Shown here: one piece after another, positions 19,098-31,359 of the stretch
Layout of the letters: every line of letters starts with the position of its first letter
How positions within the stretch are numbered: position 1 is the stretch's first letter
Origin: Vulcanimicrobiota bacterium
Lineage (GTDB): Bacteria > Vulcanimicrobiota > Xenobia > Xenobiales > JADMJV01
Length of the DNA: 55,980 nt
Direction of reading: 5' to 3'
Assembly: GCA_050250895.1 (NCBI GenBank)
Contig: JBFWNU010000011.1
Coordinates: 66,487 to 122,466, forward strand
Notes under the pieces: generated by a model
Database searches by the model: none
Told to the model about the DNA's origin: nothing
What the model saw: only the letters and a program-made list of their open reading frames with translations
Made by a program: the position numbers and the translations under genes

Positions 19098-21008
19098 CTA
19101 GGACCTCTTGTTGACCTCGAAAACCTCGAGTTGAGCGGTCTTGCCTTTGAATGACTGAACCCCCCGCGAAACCCATTCCAGGTCCGTGGTCTGGTCCTTG
19201 CATTCGTCATAGGTATTCTTGCTGACCAGCATTTTCGTGTCTAGTGCCTTCGTCACACTCATGACCCGGGCACCCAGATTCACGTCGTCACCTACTGCAG
19301 CATATTCCCAGCGTTGCTCGGGTCCAACCTTGCCAACCACCACCGGACCCGTATTCACCCCGATCTTGACATCGTAGAAGCCGGGCCGTCCCTGGGCCTC
19401 GCGCTCGGCCTTGCGCAGCACTTCGAGCATCTCGACCCCAGCCCGCACGGCTCGGGCAGCGTGGTCGGGTTGGTCGTCGGGCGCCCCGAAAATCACCATG
19501 ATCTCGTCTCCCACGTACTGCTTGATGTAGCCGTCGTAGCGCATGATCACGTCGACCATCAACTCGAAATAGTCGCTGAGCATCTCGATGATCTCGCGCG
19601 GCGAGTGCTGTTCGCAAACGGGTGTGAAGTTGTTGATGTCCGAGAACAAGACGGTGATTCGGCGCTCGCAACCGCCGGCCAGTTCGAACTGGTCACCCAG
19701 CACGTGCTCCATCACCTTGCTGCTGACCATGCGGGCGAAGGTCGAGCGAATCTGGGCCCGGTCGCGCTCGACGGTCAGCAGGCGCTCGGTGTAGCCGGCC
19801 ACAAAACCCAGCACCAGGCTGAAAAAGGCAGTGGAGAAGGGCAACCAGGCCCCAAACTGGGCAAACAGCCACAAGGCCAGCGCGGCATAGACCACAAAGG
19901 CCCCCGCCAGGCGCAGCACGGCCTGCTTGCGAGGCAGGCGCAGGGCGACGAAGCCCGCCACCCCGCCAAAGAGGGCGTTGACCAGTAGCCAGAGTCCGAG
20001 GGGATGCACGATGTAGCGTCCGGTCAGGATGGTGTTCATCAGAGCCAGATGAACCTCGGGGCCATAGGCCTGCACGTCGTAAGGGGTGGCGTGGAAGTCC
20101 TGCAGATTGAGCGAGGCCGGGCCGATCAACACGAGCTTGTCGCGAAATTGCTCGGCCGGGACCGAACCGTCCACCAACCGCGCCATCGAGACGTAGTCAA
20201 AGAAGCTATCGCGCCCCTCGACCTTGGGAGCCGGATAGTTAACCCTCACGGTCAGGCCCCGGTCGGTGGGAATAGGAGCCTCGCCCAAATAGAGTTGGCC
20301 GTCACGATGGGTCACCCGTTGGCCGGTGCCCAGTTCGAGCAGGCGCAGCCCCATGGTGCGCACCTGTCCGCCCCCCCACACCTCGCCGCTGACACCCTTC
20401 TCATAGAAGAGTGCGGGCACGCGCCGGGTGACCTGGTCGCGATCCTGGACCACATTGACAACCCCCAGGTTAGGCCCTTCCACCGCCTTGTAGCTCTGGT
20501 GAGCGCCGAAGAAATCGGGTCGCATGGCCAGGGTGGCAGCCACATCCGAGGGGCCCAGCGAGACCTTTCCGTCGGGGGTGAGTAGCTCGGCCATCACCAC
20601 CGGTCCCTCGCTCACGGTCACTCCCAGTTCAAGTTCTTCTGACTGCAGACGCTCGCGCAGGGGGTCGTCCTCGGCCAATTTGTCGAGTTCGGGATGGACG
20701 ATCATGTCGAAGCCGATGGCCGCCGCCCCACCTTCTGTCAGGACGCGCAATGCCTGAGCATACTGGGGCTGCCACAGCAGGGTGGGAGTACCGATGGTGG
20801 TGAAGGTGGCCTCGTCGATGCCCACAAAGACGATCTTGGGGTCGATGGGTTCGGGCCCGAAGACGCGATAGCGAGCCGAGAAAAGCCCATCCAGGGCGCG
20901 CAGCTCGAAAATCTCGAGGGGCCCTCCCGGACGGCCGAGCCAGGTCAGCAGCAGACCCAGCAAGACGCCGGCCGCCACCACCACCTTTGGGCCCCGAAAA
21001 TTCTTCAC
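19098..21008 (-). CDS. CHASE2-domain class III adenylate/guanylate cyclase
   Basis: IVFVGIDEATF, IGFDMI, YGPEVH, three TM helices, then LFSDINNFT, YVGDEIM, IGVNTG, GDDVNLGAR. Confidence 0.92.
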   Translation of the reverse strand: MKNFRGPKVVVAAGVLLGLLLTWLGRPGGPLEIFELRALDGLFSARYRVFGPEPIDPKIVFVGIDEATFTTIGTPTLLWQPQYAQALRVLTEGGAAAIGFDMIVHPELDKLAEDDPLRERLQSEELELGVTVSEGPVVMAELLTPDGKVSLGPSDVAATLAMRPDFFGAHQSYKAVEGPNLGVVNVVQDRDQVTRRVPALFYEKGVSGEVWGGGQVRTMGLRLLELGTGQRVTHRDGQLYLGEAPIPTDRGLTVRVNYPAPKVEGRDSFFDYVSMARLVDGSVPAEQFRDKLVLIGPASLNLQDFHATPYDVQAYGPEVHLALMNTILTGRYIVHPLGLWLLVNALFGGVAGFVALRLPRKQAVLRLAGAFVVYAALALWLFAQFGAWLPFSTAFFSLVLGFVAGYTERLLTVERDRAQIRSTFARMVSSKVMEHVLGDQFELAGGCERRITVLFSDINNFTPVCEQHSPREIIEMLSDYFELMVDVIMRYDGYIKQYVGDEIMVIFGAPDDQPDHAARAVRAGVEMLEVLRKAEREAQGRPGFYDVKIGVNTGPVVVGKVGPEQRWEYAAVGDDVNLGARVMSVTKALDTKMLVSKNTYDECKDQTTDLEWVSRGVQSFKGKTAQLEVFEVNKRS

Positions 21009-21047
21009 TCTCGTGGCTTGGCCAAGCCGCCTCCTTCTCCTTCGAAG

Positions 21048-23048
<2,001 letters not shown>

Positions 23049-23130
23049 GCACCCTCCTGCCCTGGCAGACTACACCGGCGCTTGTGAGCCCGAGGCAACA
23101 AATTTGTTAACCCTGGCCCACAAGAGCCGT

Positions 23131-23660
23131 CTAGACGCAGGTGCCGCCAGTGCAAGTGCCGCCCACACAACAGGTCTTGCCGTCGTTGCCGGCGCCGAAC
23201 CCGCATTGAAAGCGCGAGATGCAAGTCGCGGGGGTAGCCGAACAGCAATAGTAGTTAATAGTCTCCGCACCCGACGAGGCGCCGTCCGCCTCGGTCTTGG
23301 CCTGGGTGCAGTTTGATTGGACCGAATGCGGCCGCCCATCGCAAGCGTTCAAGGCTCCAACGCCGGTCCCGGGGGAACAAAAAGGTGCTCCTCCTGCAAC
23401 ATCACCCGTGAAAAAGCCTATGTACTGCTGGACAAAGATCCCCGTGCAGCCTGGGGGGTTGCACGAGGAACACAGCGTTGCGGCACTTTGGTTGCAGGGT
23501 GTGCCGCTGCAGGAGGCGGCCGCGGCGGAGTCGCCAGAAAGAGCTCGCTCCAGACCGGTCAGGCCGTCGTGAGCCAGCTCCACCTCATACCCAGAGGTTT
23601 GCAGCTCGAGCTCGAGTAGTCGCGCCATGACGGGAATCGTCTTCCACAAGGAGTATACTT
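23131..23660 (-). pseudogene. Frameshifted response-regulator N-terminal remnant joined to a Cys-rich segment
   Basis: SILLVEDD [extra T] PVMARLLELELQTSGYEVELAHDGLTGLERAL, then an abrupt switch to a 16-Cys segment. Confidence 0.6.
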
Positions 23661-23667
23661 CCTGAAG

Positions 23668-24237
23668 TTAGCCGTCGGGGTCGTCTAGAATGGCCTGCAA
23701 CCGCGCTCCCAAAGAGGGCGGCAGGCGGGATGGCCAGTCCTCCCCAACGAGCCCGACTTCGATGAGGTCTCTGAGGTGGGTCCGGTCCTTATCGCGAAAG
23801 GACGTTAGCTTCATCCGCACCAGCGCCACCAGGCTCAAGACCGTCACCTCTCCCAGTCGCTCCGCCTCCTCTACCGAGGGACTCGGTTCGGCGTAATCGG
23901 GACGCACCTTCTCTCCAGCGAACACGATGTGCACGGCATCACGGGCTTTGGCCTGGGGTCCGTCGAGGAACATGTCCACCCCGGCCGCATGCCGAAAAAC
24001 GAACCCTTCCGTAGCCATGGCTTCTTTGGCTTTCTCCAAGTCGTCGCGGCGAATCAGGACATCGACGTCTTGAGTATTACGAACCGCGCCCTCATCAATG
24101 CTAGCAACCCAGGCCGCCACTGCATTGCCACCCACCACCGCATAGGGGACCTGCCCCCGTTCGAGGGCCTGGCTGGCTCGACGCAGGCGTTGACGCACCC
24201 TCTCCACGGCCTGGACCATCCTTTCTAGCACCGACAT
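23668..24237 (-). CDS. Nucleotidyltransferase-superfamily protein
   Basis: YAVVGGNAV...RNTQDVDVL (GG...DxD) and MKL...RDKDRTHL; ATG at 24237. Confidence 0.75.
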   Translation of the reverse strand: MSVLERMVQAVERVRQRLRRASQALERGQVPYAVVGGNAVAAWVASIDEGAVRNTQDVDVLIRRDDLEKAKEAMATEGFVFRHAAGVDMFLDGPQAKARDAVHIVFAGEKVRPDYAEPSPSVEEAERLGEVTVLSLVALVRMKLTSFRDKDRTHLRDLIEVGLVGEDWPSRLPPSLGARLQAILDDPDG

Positions 24238-24243
24238 GGCCCC

Positions 24244-24252
24244 ATTATAGCA
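24244..24252 (-). promoter_or_regulatory. Extended -10 element (TGCTATAAT), likely leaderless transcript
   Basis: TATAAT ends 6 nt before ATG 24237; no SD sequence. Confidence 0.65.
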
Positions 24253-24300
24253 CGCGCGCGAACCCATCCCACCAGGAACGGCCCAGAACCCGAGGAAAAA

Positions 24301-25707
24301 ATGCCTATGGCTTCGGGCGACGACACAGTCTTTGCCTCGGAAGGCGAGCGCGAGCAGGCTCGTCAGCTGTCTGAGGTGGCCCCCCAACTCGACGGCTACG
24401 ACCTGGGCGAGCTACTCGGCGCGGGCGCCTTTGGGCGGGTCTACGCCGGCACCCAGACGCGCACCGGCCAGGCCGTGGCCGTCAAGATCCTGCGCCGCGA
24501 GACCTTTCACTGGCATTACTTCGAGCACGAGCTGCGCAAGCTGACCCAGGTGGCCGAGCACCCTCACGTGGTCAGCCTGCTCGACGCCGACCCCGACCAC
24601 CAGCCGCCCTACTACGTCATGCCTTTGCTGGCAGGTTCGCTCGAGGGTAAGCGGCCCGAGCTAGACGAGCTGGTGGACTGGCTGGTCGAGATCGCCGAGG
24701 CTCTCGGCTACATGCACGGCAAGGGACTGCTCCATTGCGACCTCAAGCCGTCCAACGTGCTGCTCGATGCCCAGGGCCGGGCCCGGCTGGTGGACTTCGG
24801 CCAGGCCCGCAACCTGGCTGAGACCGGCGCCTCCTTCGGCACGCTGGGCTATATGCCGCCCGAGCAGGCCGCTCCCGAAGCTCAGCCCGACGCCCTGTGG
24901 GACGTCTACGCCTTCGGGGCTACCGCCTATCGTCTCTTGACCGGCCAGTGCCCGCGCTTTTCCGACCACGACCGCACCGAGATCACCGCAACCAGCGAGC
25001 TTACCGAGCGCCTGCGCCTCTATCGCGAGAAGGTGGCCAATCGTCCCCTCACCCCGCTGGCCGAGCTGCGCCCCGATGTCGACCCTGACCTGGCCTGCAT
25101 CATCGAGGCCTGTCTGCGAATCCAAGAGCGCACCCCGTCCATCCACCAGGTGCTAGAAGATTTCCGCCGCCGGCGCCGGGGCGAGCCCCTGATGTGCCAG
25201 CGGCCCTGGACGACCCGCTACCAGGTGGTCCGATTTCTGCGCCGGCCGCTGGTGGCCGCAGCCCTGCTGGTGGCGGTGGTCTTTCCGCTCTTCGTCAATT
25301 CCTATCTCACCATCAAGGCGCAGTACGCCATCACCGAGCTTGTGCTCCACGAGGCTCACCTGCTCAACCGGGCAGCCACACCCGACTCCGTCCCGCCGGG
25401 CGATTATCGTCACCTGCTCATCGCCCCCGACGGCCAGGTGCTCTCCCCCACGGGCACGCCCAGCATCGACCTGGCCGCCATCGAGGCTCAGTGCTCACGA
25501 TTGGACCGCGGCATCTACTATCGCGACGGCCAGGAGTGGGTCGGGGCCTGGTCCAGGCGCGGAGCCGACACCCTCTTGACCGAACGCGCCGCCGGGCCTG
25601 CGCTGGAGACGGCCCACGACATTCTGGCCAAGAATCGGCTGCTCAACGTGCTGATTCTGGTGGTCGCCGCCGTGACCGTGGCCGTGGTTATTCGCAGCGG
25701 ACGTTAG
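24301..25707 (+). CDS. Hanks-type Ser/Thr protein kinase, membrane-anchored
   Basis: LGAGAFGRV, VAVK, HCDLKPSN, DFG, GTLGYMPPE, DVYAFG; two TM segments in the C-terminal half. Confidence 0.92.
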   Translation: MPMASGDDTVFASEGEREQARQLSEVAPQLDGYDLGELLGAGAFGRVYAGTQTRTGQAVAVKILRRETFHWHYFEHELRKLTQVAEHPHVVSLLDADPDHQPPYYVMPLLAGSLEGKRPELDELVDWLVEIAEALGYMHGKGLLHCDLKPSNVLLDAQGRARLVDFGQARNLAETGASFGTLGYMPPEQAAPEAQPDALWDVYAFGATAYRLLTGQCPRFSDHDRTEITATSELTERLRLYREKVANRPLTPLAELRPDVDPDLACIIEACLRIQERTPSIHQVLEDFRRRRRGEPLMCQRPWTTRYQVVRFLRRPLVAAALLVAVVFPLFVNSYLTIKAQYAITELVLHEAHLLNRAATPDSVPPGDYRHLLIAPDGQVLSPTGTPSIDLAAIEAQCSRLDRGIYYRDGQEWVGAWSRRGADTLLTERAAGPALETAHDILAKNRLLNVLILVVAAVTVAVVIRSGR

Positions 25708-26582
25708 CGCAGTTTGGCGGCCACCTTGCCGGCGAACGATTCGAGCGTCTGGGCGTCCAGCGAACGCTGCAGCAGCAGCACGTCTTCGACTCCCATGTCG
25801 AAATAGGGCTTGAGGCGCTCGACGAACTGTTGCGACGAACCCACGAAGAAGCGCTCGTTGGGAGGCTCGGTGTCCTGGTCGAGGATGGCCCAGGTGATCA
25901 GCTGTTTGCGGATGCTGGCCGGGTCTCGTCCGCAGTCGCGGCAGTGACCCTCGAGGGCATCGAGCTTCTGGCGATACTCCTCGGGCGTGGTCATGAAGTA
26001 GTTCCAGCCGTTGGCATACTGGGCTACCGCGCGCAAGGTGCGCTTCTCGCCTCCCCCACCGATCCACAGCGGAATGTCGGGCTTTTGCACGGGTTTTGGC
26101 ACGAACAGGGCGTCTTCCACCTGGAAGTGCTTGCCTTGATAGGTGGTCCGCTCTTCGGCGAACATGGTCTTGATGATGGCACAAGCCTCGTCGAGCATAT
26201 CCATGCGAGTGCCGATGGAGGGGAAGTCAAAGCCATACTGCTGGTGCTCGAGCTCATGCCAGGCGGCGCCCAGTCCCAGTTCCATCCTCCCGCCCGAGAT
26301 ATGGTCGATGGTGACCGCGGCTTTGGCCAACAAGACGGGATTGCGATAGGTCACTCCGGCCACGATGATGCCGCAGCGCAGCTTCTTGGTGGCCATCGCC
26401 AACGCTGCCAGGGTGGTCAACCCCTCGAAACAGGGCCCCTCGGGAGGAGCGAAGATGGGGATGAAGTGGTCGAAGACCGAGGCCCAATCGAGCCCGAGTT
26501 CTTCGGCCCGGGTCCAGAGCTTCAAGAGGTCTTGAAACTCGCAATACTGTTGTCCGGTGTGAATGCCAAATCGAAGTGCCAT
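25704..26582 (-). CDS. LLM-class flavin/F420-dependent oxidoreductase
   Basis: FDHF, YRNPVLLAKAAVTIDHISGGRMELGLGAAW, WIGGGGEKRTLR. Confidence 0.9.
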   Translation of the reverse strand: MALRFGIHTGQQYCEFQDLLKLWTRAEELGLDWASVFDHFIPIFAPPEGPCFEGLTTLAALAMATKKLRCGIIVAGVTYRNPVLLAKAAVTIDHISGGRMELGLGAAWHELEHQQYGFDFPSIGTRMDMLDEACAIIKTMFAEERTTYQGKHFQVEDALFVPKPVQKPDIPLWIGGGGEKRTLRAVAQYANGWNYFMTTPEEYRQKLDALEGHCRDCGRDPASIRKQLITWAILDQDTEPPNERFFVGSSQQFVERLKPYFDMGVEDVLLLQRSLDAQTLESFAGKVAAKLR

Positions 26583-26607
26583 AGCCGGCCCTTCGCTTCG
26601 GATGCGA

Positions 26608-26967
26608 CTAGCCCTTGTCGAGCAGCAGCAGCAGGGCGGCACCGCTCAGTTCGACCGCCTCGCGAGAGCCTGGGTCGTCGCCCTCGACGTGACCGATGGG
26701 GTGATAGCCCCAGGGGGTGTCGTGCACGAGTCCGTCGGCATCGACGCGGCCGATGGGGTGATAGCCGAAAGCCGTATCATGGACCAGACCGTCAGCACCC
26801 ACCTGGCCGACGGGATGATATCCATAGGCGCTGTCGTGGACCAGCCCACCCGAGTCGCGCCGGCCGACGGGGTGGTGCCCCCAGGCCGTGTCGTGGATCT
26901 CGCCACCGCGGGTGGCGTGTCCGATGGGGTTATAACCGTAAGGCGTGGAATGAATCAAGCCGCTCAT
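26608..26967 (-). CDS. Small five-repeat protein, beta-flower-like
   Basis: Five 19-aa repeats GxxHDTxxGYHPxGxxxxx followed by a hydrophobic tail GAALLLLL. Confidence 0.7.
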   Translation of the reverse strand: MSGLIHSTPYGYNPIGHATRGGEIHDTAWGHHPVGRRDSGGLVHDSAYGYHPVGQVGADGLVHDTAFGYHPIGRVDADGLVHDTPWGYHPIGHVEGDDPGSREAVELSGAALLLLLDKG

Positions 26968-27073
26968 GGCTCCACTTTATGCCGGCACCAGCCAGGCGAA
27001 CTTGTCCGTCAGGTTAAAGCCTGGTTGATTTCACCCATTGCCCCGGCAGTTGGCTTTTTGCTACCGTGGTGCT

Positions 27074-27436
27074 ATGAGTTTTCTAGAGACGGTAAGGCAA
27101 CTGATTCGCACTCTTAGGGCTCAGAAAAAGCTGCTGGACTCTGCCGATCGTCTCGAGAGCGCTCTCGAAGCAGACGAGGTCGAGCTTCCCTGGCTGCTCG
27201 CGCCCCCTGATCTCGACGCTAACGAACGGCGCCTGCTGGGTCTTCGACTGGAACTGATGCGCGTTTGTCACGAGGCTAAAACGGCGGGATTCGACGGGCT
27301 TCTGGCCCTGGCGCTGCAAGCTCGGGCCCGCTATCCGTTCGTGGACGAGGTGGTCGAGATTCGGCTGACCCAGGGCCCCGACGACCGTTCTCGCCGCCTG
27401 GGCATCCGCGAGCTGCCGCGCTTTTCCAAGAATTAG
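27074..27436 (+). CDS. Hypothetical protein
   Basis: ORF fills the gap between convergent genes; TACCGT lies 6 nt before the ATG. Confidence 0.55.
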   Translation: MSFLETVRQLIRTLRAQKKLLDSADRLESALEADEVELPWLLAPPDLDANERRLLGLRLELMRVCHEAKTAGFDGLLALALQARARYPFVDEVVEIRLTQGPDDRSRRLGIRELPRFSKN

Positions 27437-29187
27437 CCCTCACCGGTCTGGACCCGCCAAAGCGCGGCATAGGCTCCGCCCGCCCCGACCAGCTGCTCGT
27501 GGGTGCCGCGCTCGACGATACGCCCCTCCTCTAGCACGATAATCTCATGGGCCGAGCGAACCGTCGAAAGGCGGTGAGCAATCACGAACACGGTGCGGTT
27601 CTGGGCGACAATCTTCATCGAACGCTGGATGGCTGCCTCGGTTTCGTTGTCGACCGAACTGGTGGCTTCATCCAAGATCAAGACCGGAGGGTCTTTGAGC
27701 ACGGCCCGGGCGATGCTGATGCGCTGGCGCTGGCCCCCCGAGAGCTTCTGGCCGCGCTCACCTACTAGCGTGTCATAACCATCCGGCAGGCGCTCGATGA
27801 AGGAGTGGGCCTCGGCGATGCGGGCGGCTTCGACGATCTGATCGCGATTGGCTCCGAAGGTTCCATAAGCGATGTTCTCGGCCACGGTGGCATCCAGCAG
27901 AAACACGTCTTGACTGACCAGCCCAAGGGAGCGTCTGAGCGTCTCGAAAGTCAGGCTCTTGAGTTCGTGCCCATCCAGGGTGATACGGCCCGACTGGGGC
28001 TCGTAAAAGCGCAGCAACAGCTTGACGATGGTCGATTTGCCCGAGCCGGTCAAGCCCACCACTGCGGTCGTCTTGCCGGCCGGGATCTCGAGGTCCAGAC
28101 CGTGCAAGACCGGCTCGCGGCCGGCGTAGGCGAAGGTGACCTGGTGCAGTTGCAACTGGCCCTCGACCTTTTGCAGGTCGGTATTCCCCGGTACGATGGT
28201 GGCTTTGGTCTCGAGCAGGTCGAGCAGGCGCGCCGTCGAGGCCAGCGATCGTTGATAAAGATCCAGGGTGGCCCCCAGGCGGGTGATGGGCCATAGCAAT
28301 CGCTGGGTAAGAAAGATCATGACGCTGTAAACGCCCACGTTGAGCCCGCCCCGCGCCACCAGCTCGCCCCCGGCCACCAGGATGGCCACGAAGCCAGCCA
28401 CGATCAACATTCGGATAATGGGAACGAAGGCGGCCGAAAGCCGAATGGCGCTCTGATTGGCTGCCGCATAGGCCTGGCTGGCCTGACGCACCCGCCGACT
28501 CTCGTGGCTCTCGGCCACATAGCTCTTGATGGTGGCGATGCCGGTGAGGTTATTCGAGAGCAACCCATTGAGAAAACCCACTTGCTGGCGCACCTCGGTG
28601 TAGCGCGGCCCGATGGCCTTCTGAAAGCGAACCGAGCCGAAATAGATGAACGGAATGGGCAAGAAGGTCATCCAGGCTACCTGGGGGATGGTCACCAGGA
28701 AGACCCCGCCCACCACCACCACCGTGGTAGCCAGCTGCAGGATCTCGTTGGCTCCCCCGTCGAGAAACCGCTCGAGCTGATTGACATCGTCGTTTAGCAC
28801 CGACATCAAGCCGCCGGTGTTGCGGTCTTCGAAAAAGGACATGTCCAGGCGCTGGACATGCTCATAGGCCTCGAGGCGAAACTGGTGCTGCAGGTCCTGA
28901 GCCAGGTCGCGCCAGGCCACCGCGTAGAGGTATTCAAATAGCGATTCGAGCCCCCAGATGGCTACCGTCAAGGCGGCCAGAGCCCACAGCTGATGGCTGA
29001 CCGAATCGAGCCCCAGCGAGGCGAAAAACGAGTCTTGCTGGCGCACGACAATGTCGACGGCGGCTCCGATCAAAGCCGGCGGAGCCAGGTCGAAAAGCTT
29101 GTTCAGAATCGAATAGAGGCTGGCCAACCAAACGCGGCCGCGGTAGCCACGCAGATAGGTCCAGAGCCTGCGAAATGGGTGTTCCAC
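27433..29187 (-). CDS. ABC exporter, fused permease/ATPase (MsbA-like)
   Basis: TM domain, [30 protein letters not shown]; start GTG 29187 is approximate. Confidence 0.93.
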   Translation of the reverse strand: MEHPFRRLWTYLRGYRGRVWLASLYSILNKLFDLAPPALIGAAVDIVVRQQDSFFASLGLDSVSHQLWALAALTVAIWGLESLFEYLYAVAWRDLAQDLQHQFRLEAYEHVQRLDMSFFEDRNTGGLMSVLNDDVNQLERFLDGGANEILQLATTVVVVGGVFLVTIPQVAWMTFLPIPFIYFGSVRFQKAIGPRYTEVRQQVGFLNGLLSNNLTGIATIKSYVAESHESRRVRQASQAYAAANQSAIRLSAAFVPIIRMLIVAGFVAILVAGGELVARGGLNVGVYSVMIFLTQRLLWPITRLGATLDLYQRSLASTARLLDLLETKATIVPGNTDLQKVEGQLQLHQVTFAYAGREPVLHGLDLEIPAGKTTAVVGLTGSGKSTIVKLLLRFYEPQSGRITLDGHELKSLTFETLRRSLGLVSQDVFLLDATVAENIAYGTFGANRDQIVEAARIAEAHSFIERLPDGYDTLVGERGQKLSGGQRQRISIARAVLKDPPVLILDEATSSVDNETEAAIQRSMKIVAQNRTVFVIAHRLSTVRSAHEIIVLEEGRIVERGTHEQLVGAGGAYAALWRVQTGEG

Positions 29188-29320
29188 GCGGGGCGTTTCC
29201 AAGCCCGATTGGCGGTTCCTTTGTAAACGGGCGGCTCCAGTTTTGTTAAACCTCCGCCAAACAGACGTTCGAAGGTTGTTTTTTTGGCTTAATTTCAGGC
29301 GTTGCGGGCAAAATGTGCAT

Positions 29321-29665
29321 GTGGATACGGAATCGTTGAGACATATCTGGACGGCCACCGCCTTCGATGACCGCCCCCGCGACCAGGGTCGCGGTGGCAA
29401 GCGCGAGCGTCGCCAGCACGAAGAAGAGACGCCGGCTGAGGAACCCAGCGAGAGCGTCGAGTTGAGCTTGCCTCCGATTCGCCCGTCCACGCGCCGCCTG
29501 CTGGCCGCGGCCGACTCGGTCTTCGATCTGTCAGCCCTCCTGGTAGCCCACCGCGAAGGCCTGACCGTGGCCCAGTTGCAGTCGATGGCCAACGGCCCCT
29601 ACGAGCGCCTCTTCCGCCAGGCGGTGGCCGATCTGCGCAACCCGCGCCACCTGCTCGAAATCTAA
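29321..29665 (+). CDS. Hypothetical protein
   Basis: GTG start; stop overlaps the GH43 start (TAATG). Confidence 0.55.
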   Translation: MDTESLRHIWTATAFDDRPRDQGRGGKRERRQHEEETPAEEPSESVELSLPPIRPSTRRLLAAADSVFDLSALLVAHREGLTVAQLQSMANGPYERLFRQAVADLRNPRHLLEI

Positions 29666-31359
29666 TGCGCGTTCTGCTGGTCCTCTTACTGTTGGCTTTG
29701 CCGGCCCTGGCCGACACCTGGTGTAACCCCCTCGACATCGACTATCGCTACGGCTTCGAGCATCTACCGGCGGGCATCTCTTATCGGTCGGGAGCCGACC
29801 CGGTCATCATCAACCACCAGGGCGAGTATGCCCTGTTCGTGACCATCTCGGGCGGTTGGTGGCACTCCAAAGACCTCACGCACTGGAGCTTCGTCACGCC
29901 TGACCGCTGGCCGTTCGAGGATATGTGCGCCCCGGCGGCCATCAGCGTCAACGGCAAACTTTACCTCTTCCAGTCGACCTTCGGCCAGCGACCCATTCTG
30001 GTCAGCGACGACCCCTCCCAGGGCCACCTCGACTGGTTCAACCGCTGGATGCCTCCGCTGGAGGGCTCGAAAGGCCCCTGGGACCCGGCCTTCTTCCACG
30101 ACCCCGAGAGCGATCGCTGGTATCTCTACTGGGGCTCGTCCAATGTCTTTCCCCTCGACGGTTGCGAACTGGATTTCTCGCGCCAGCTTGCCTACAAGTC
30201 GCCCCCCGTCCATCTGATCAGCCTGCACCCCGACCAGCACGGCTGGGAGCGCTTCGGCCAGGACCACCGCGAGAACATCAAGCCTTTCATGGAAGGCGCC
30301 TGGGTGACCAAGCATGGCGGCCGCTACTATCTGCAATACGGCGCTCCGGGCACCGAGTACAACGTCTACTCGACCGGCGCTTACGTGGGCGACGACCCCC
30401 TCGGCCCCTTCACCTATCTGCCCAACAATCCCATCGCCTACCGCCCCGGCGGCTACGCCATGGGGGCCGGCCACGGCAACACTTTTCAGGACAACTTCGG
30501 CAACTATTTCACCACCGGAACCTGCTGGATCGGCGTCAATTGGGGCATGGAGCGGCGCATCGTGATGCATCCCTCGGGCTTTGACAAGGACGGCCTGATG
30601 TTCGCCGACACCCGCTTTGGCGATTGGCCCCATCGTCTGCCCACCAGCCGTTGGCAAGACCCGGCCGAGCTTTTCTGCGGTTGGATGCTGCTGTCATACC
30701 AAAAGCCGGTCACGGCGACCTCGGGCGAGGGCGCGGCCAACCTCACCGACGAGAACATCCGCACCCACTGGCTGGCCCAGTCCAACCACCCCGGCGAGGG
30801 GTTCACCGTCGACCTGGGCCGGCCGTTCGAGGTGAAGGCCATCCAGGTCAACTACGCCGACTACAAGTCAGACCTCTACCTCAATACCCCTGAGGTCTAT
30901 ACCGACTTCAAGCTCTACACCTCGCTCGACAACCAGACCTGGCAACCGGCCGCCGATACCACCACCGAGACCCGCCGCGACCGGGCCAACGCCTACTGCG
31001 AGATCGCCCCGCGCCAGGCCCGCTACGTGCGCTTTGAGCACCTGCACATCGGCGCTCCCAACCTGGCCGTGGCCGACCTTCGAGTCTTCGGCAACGGCGA
31101 CGGCCCACCCCCGGCCGCCCCCGCCTGGGTCAAAGCCCGCCGCGACACCGACCGCCGCAACGCTTTCGTCTCGTGGGCCCCGGTGCCAGGAGCGGTAGGC
31201 TATAACATCCGCTGGGGCCTGGCTCCCGACAAGCTCTATCAGACCTATCAGGTCTTCGGCGCCAGCGAGCAAGAGATCCGAGCCCTGACCATCGACCAGG
31301 ACTACGTCTTCGCCGTCGAGGCCTTCGACGAGAATGGTGTCTCGCCGCTCACCCGCTAA
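29665..31359 (+). CDS. Secreted GH43 glycoside hydrolase with discoidin-like and FN3-like domains
   Basis: Signal peptide, SGADP, WDPAFF, MEGAWV, GAGHG; VDLG...ARYVRF; WAPVPGAVGYNIRWG. Confidence 0.87.
   Translation: MRVLLVLLLLALPALADTWCNPLDIDYRYGFEHLPAGISYRSGADPVIINHQGEYALFVTISGGWWHSKDLTHWSFVTPDRWPFEDMCAPAAISVNGKLYLFQSTFGQRPILVSDDPSQGHLDWFNRWMPPLEGSKGPWDPAFFHDPESDRWYLYWGSSNVFPLDGCELDFSRQLAYKSPPVHLISLHPDQHGWERFGQDHRENIKPFMEGAWVTKHGGRYYLQYGAPGTEYNVYSTGAYVGDDPLGPFTYLPNNPIAYRPGGYAMGAGHGNTFQDNFGNYFTTGTCWIGVNWGMERRIVMHPSGFDKDGLMFADTRFGDWPHRLPTSRWQDPAELFCGWMLLSYQKPVTATSGEGAANLTDENIRTHWLAQSNHPGEGFTVDLGRPFEVKAIQVNYADYKSDLYLNTPEVYTDFKLYTSLDNQTWQPAADTTTETRRDRANAYCEIAPRQARYVRFEHLHIGAPNLAVADLRVFGNGDGPPPAAPAWVKARRDTDRRNAFVSWAPVPGAVGYNIRWGLAPDKLYQTYQVFGASEQEIRALTIDQDYVFAVEAFDENGVSPLTR

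Noticed and set aside
23668-24237. Nucleotidyltransferase as part of an AbiE or MNT-HEPN system
   Set aside because: No cognate partner gene is adjacent.
29188-29592. N-terminal extension of the ABC transporter to 719 aa
   Set aside because: It overlaps the divergent gene and AT-rich promoter region; transporter-like sequence begins near 29187.
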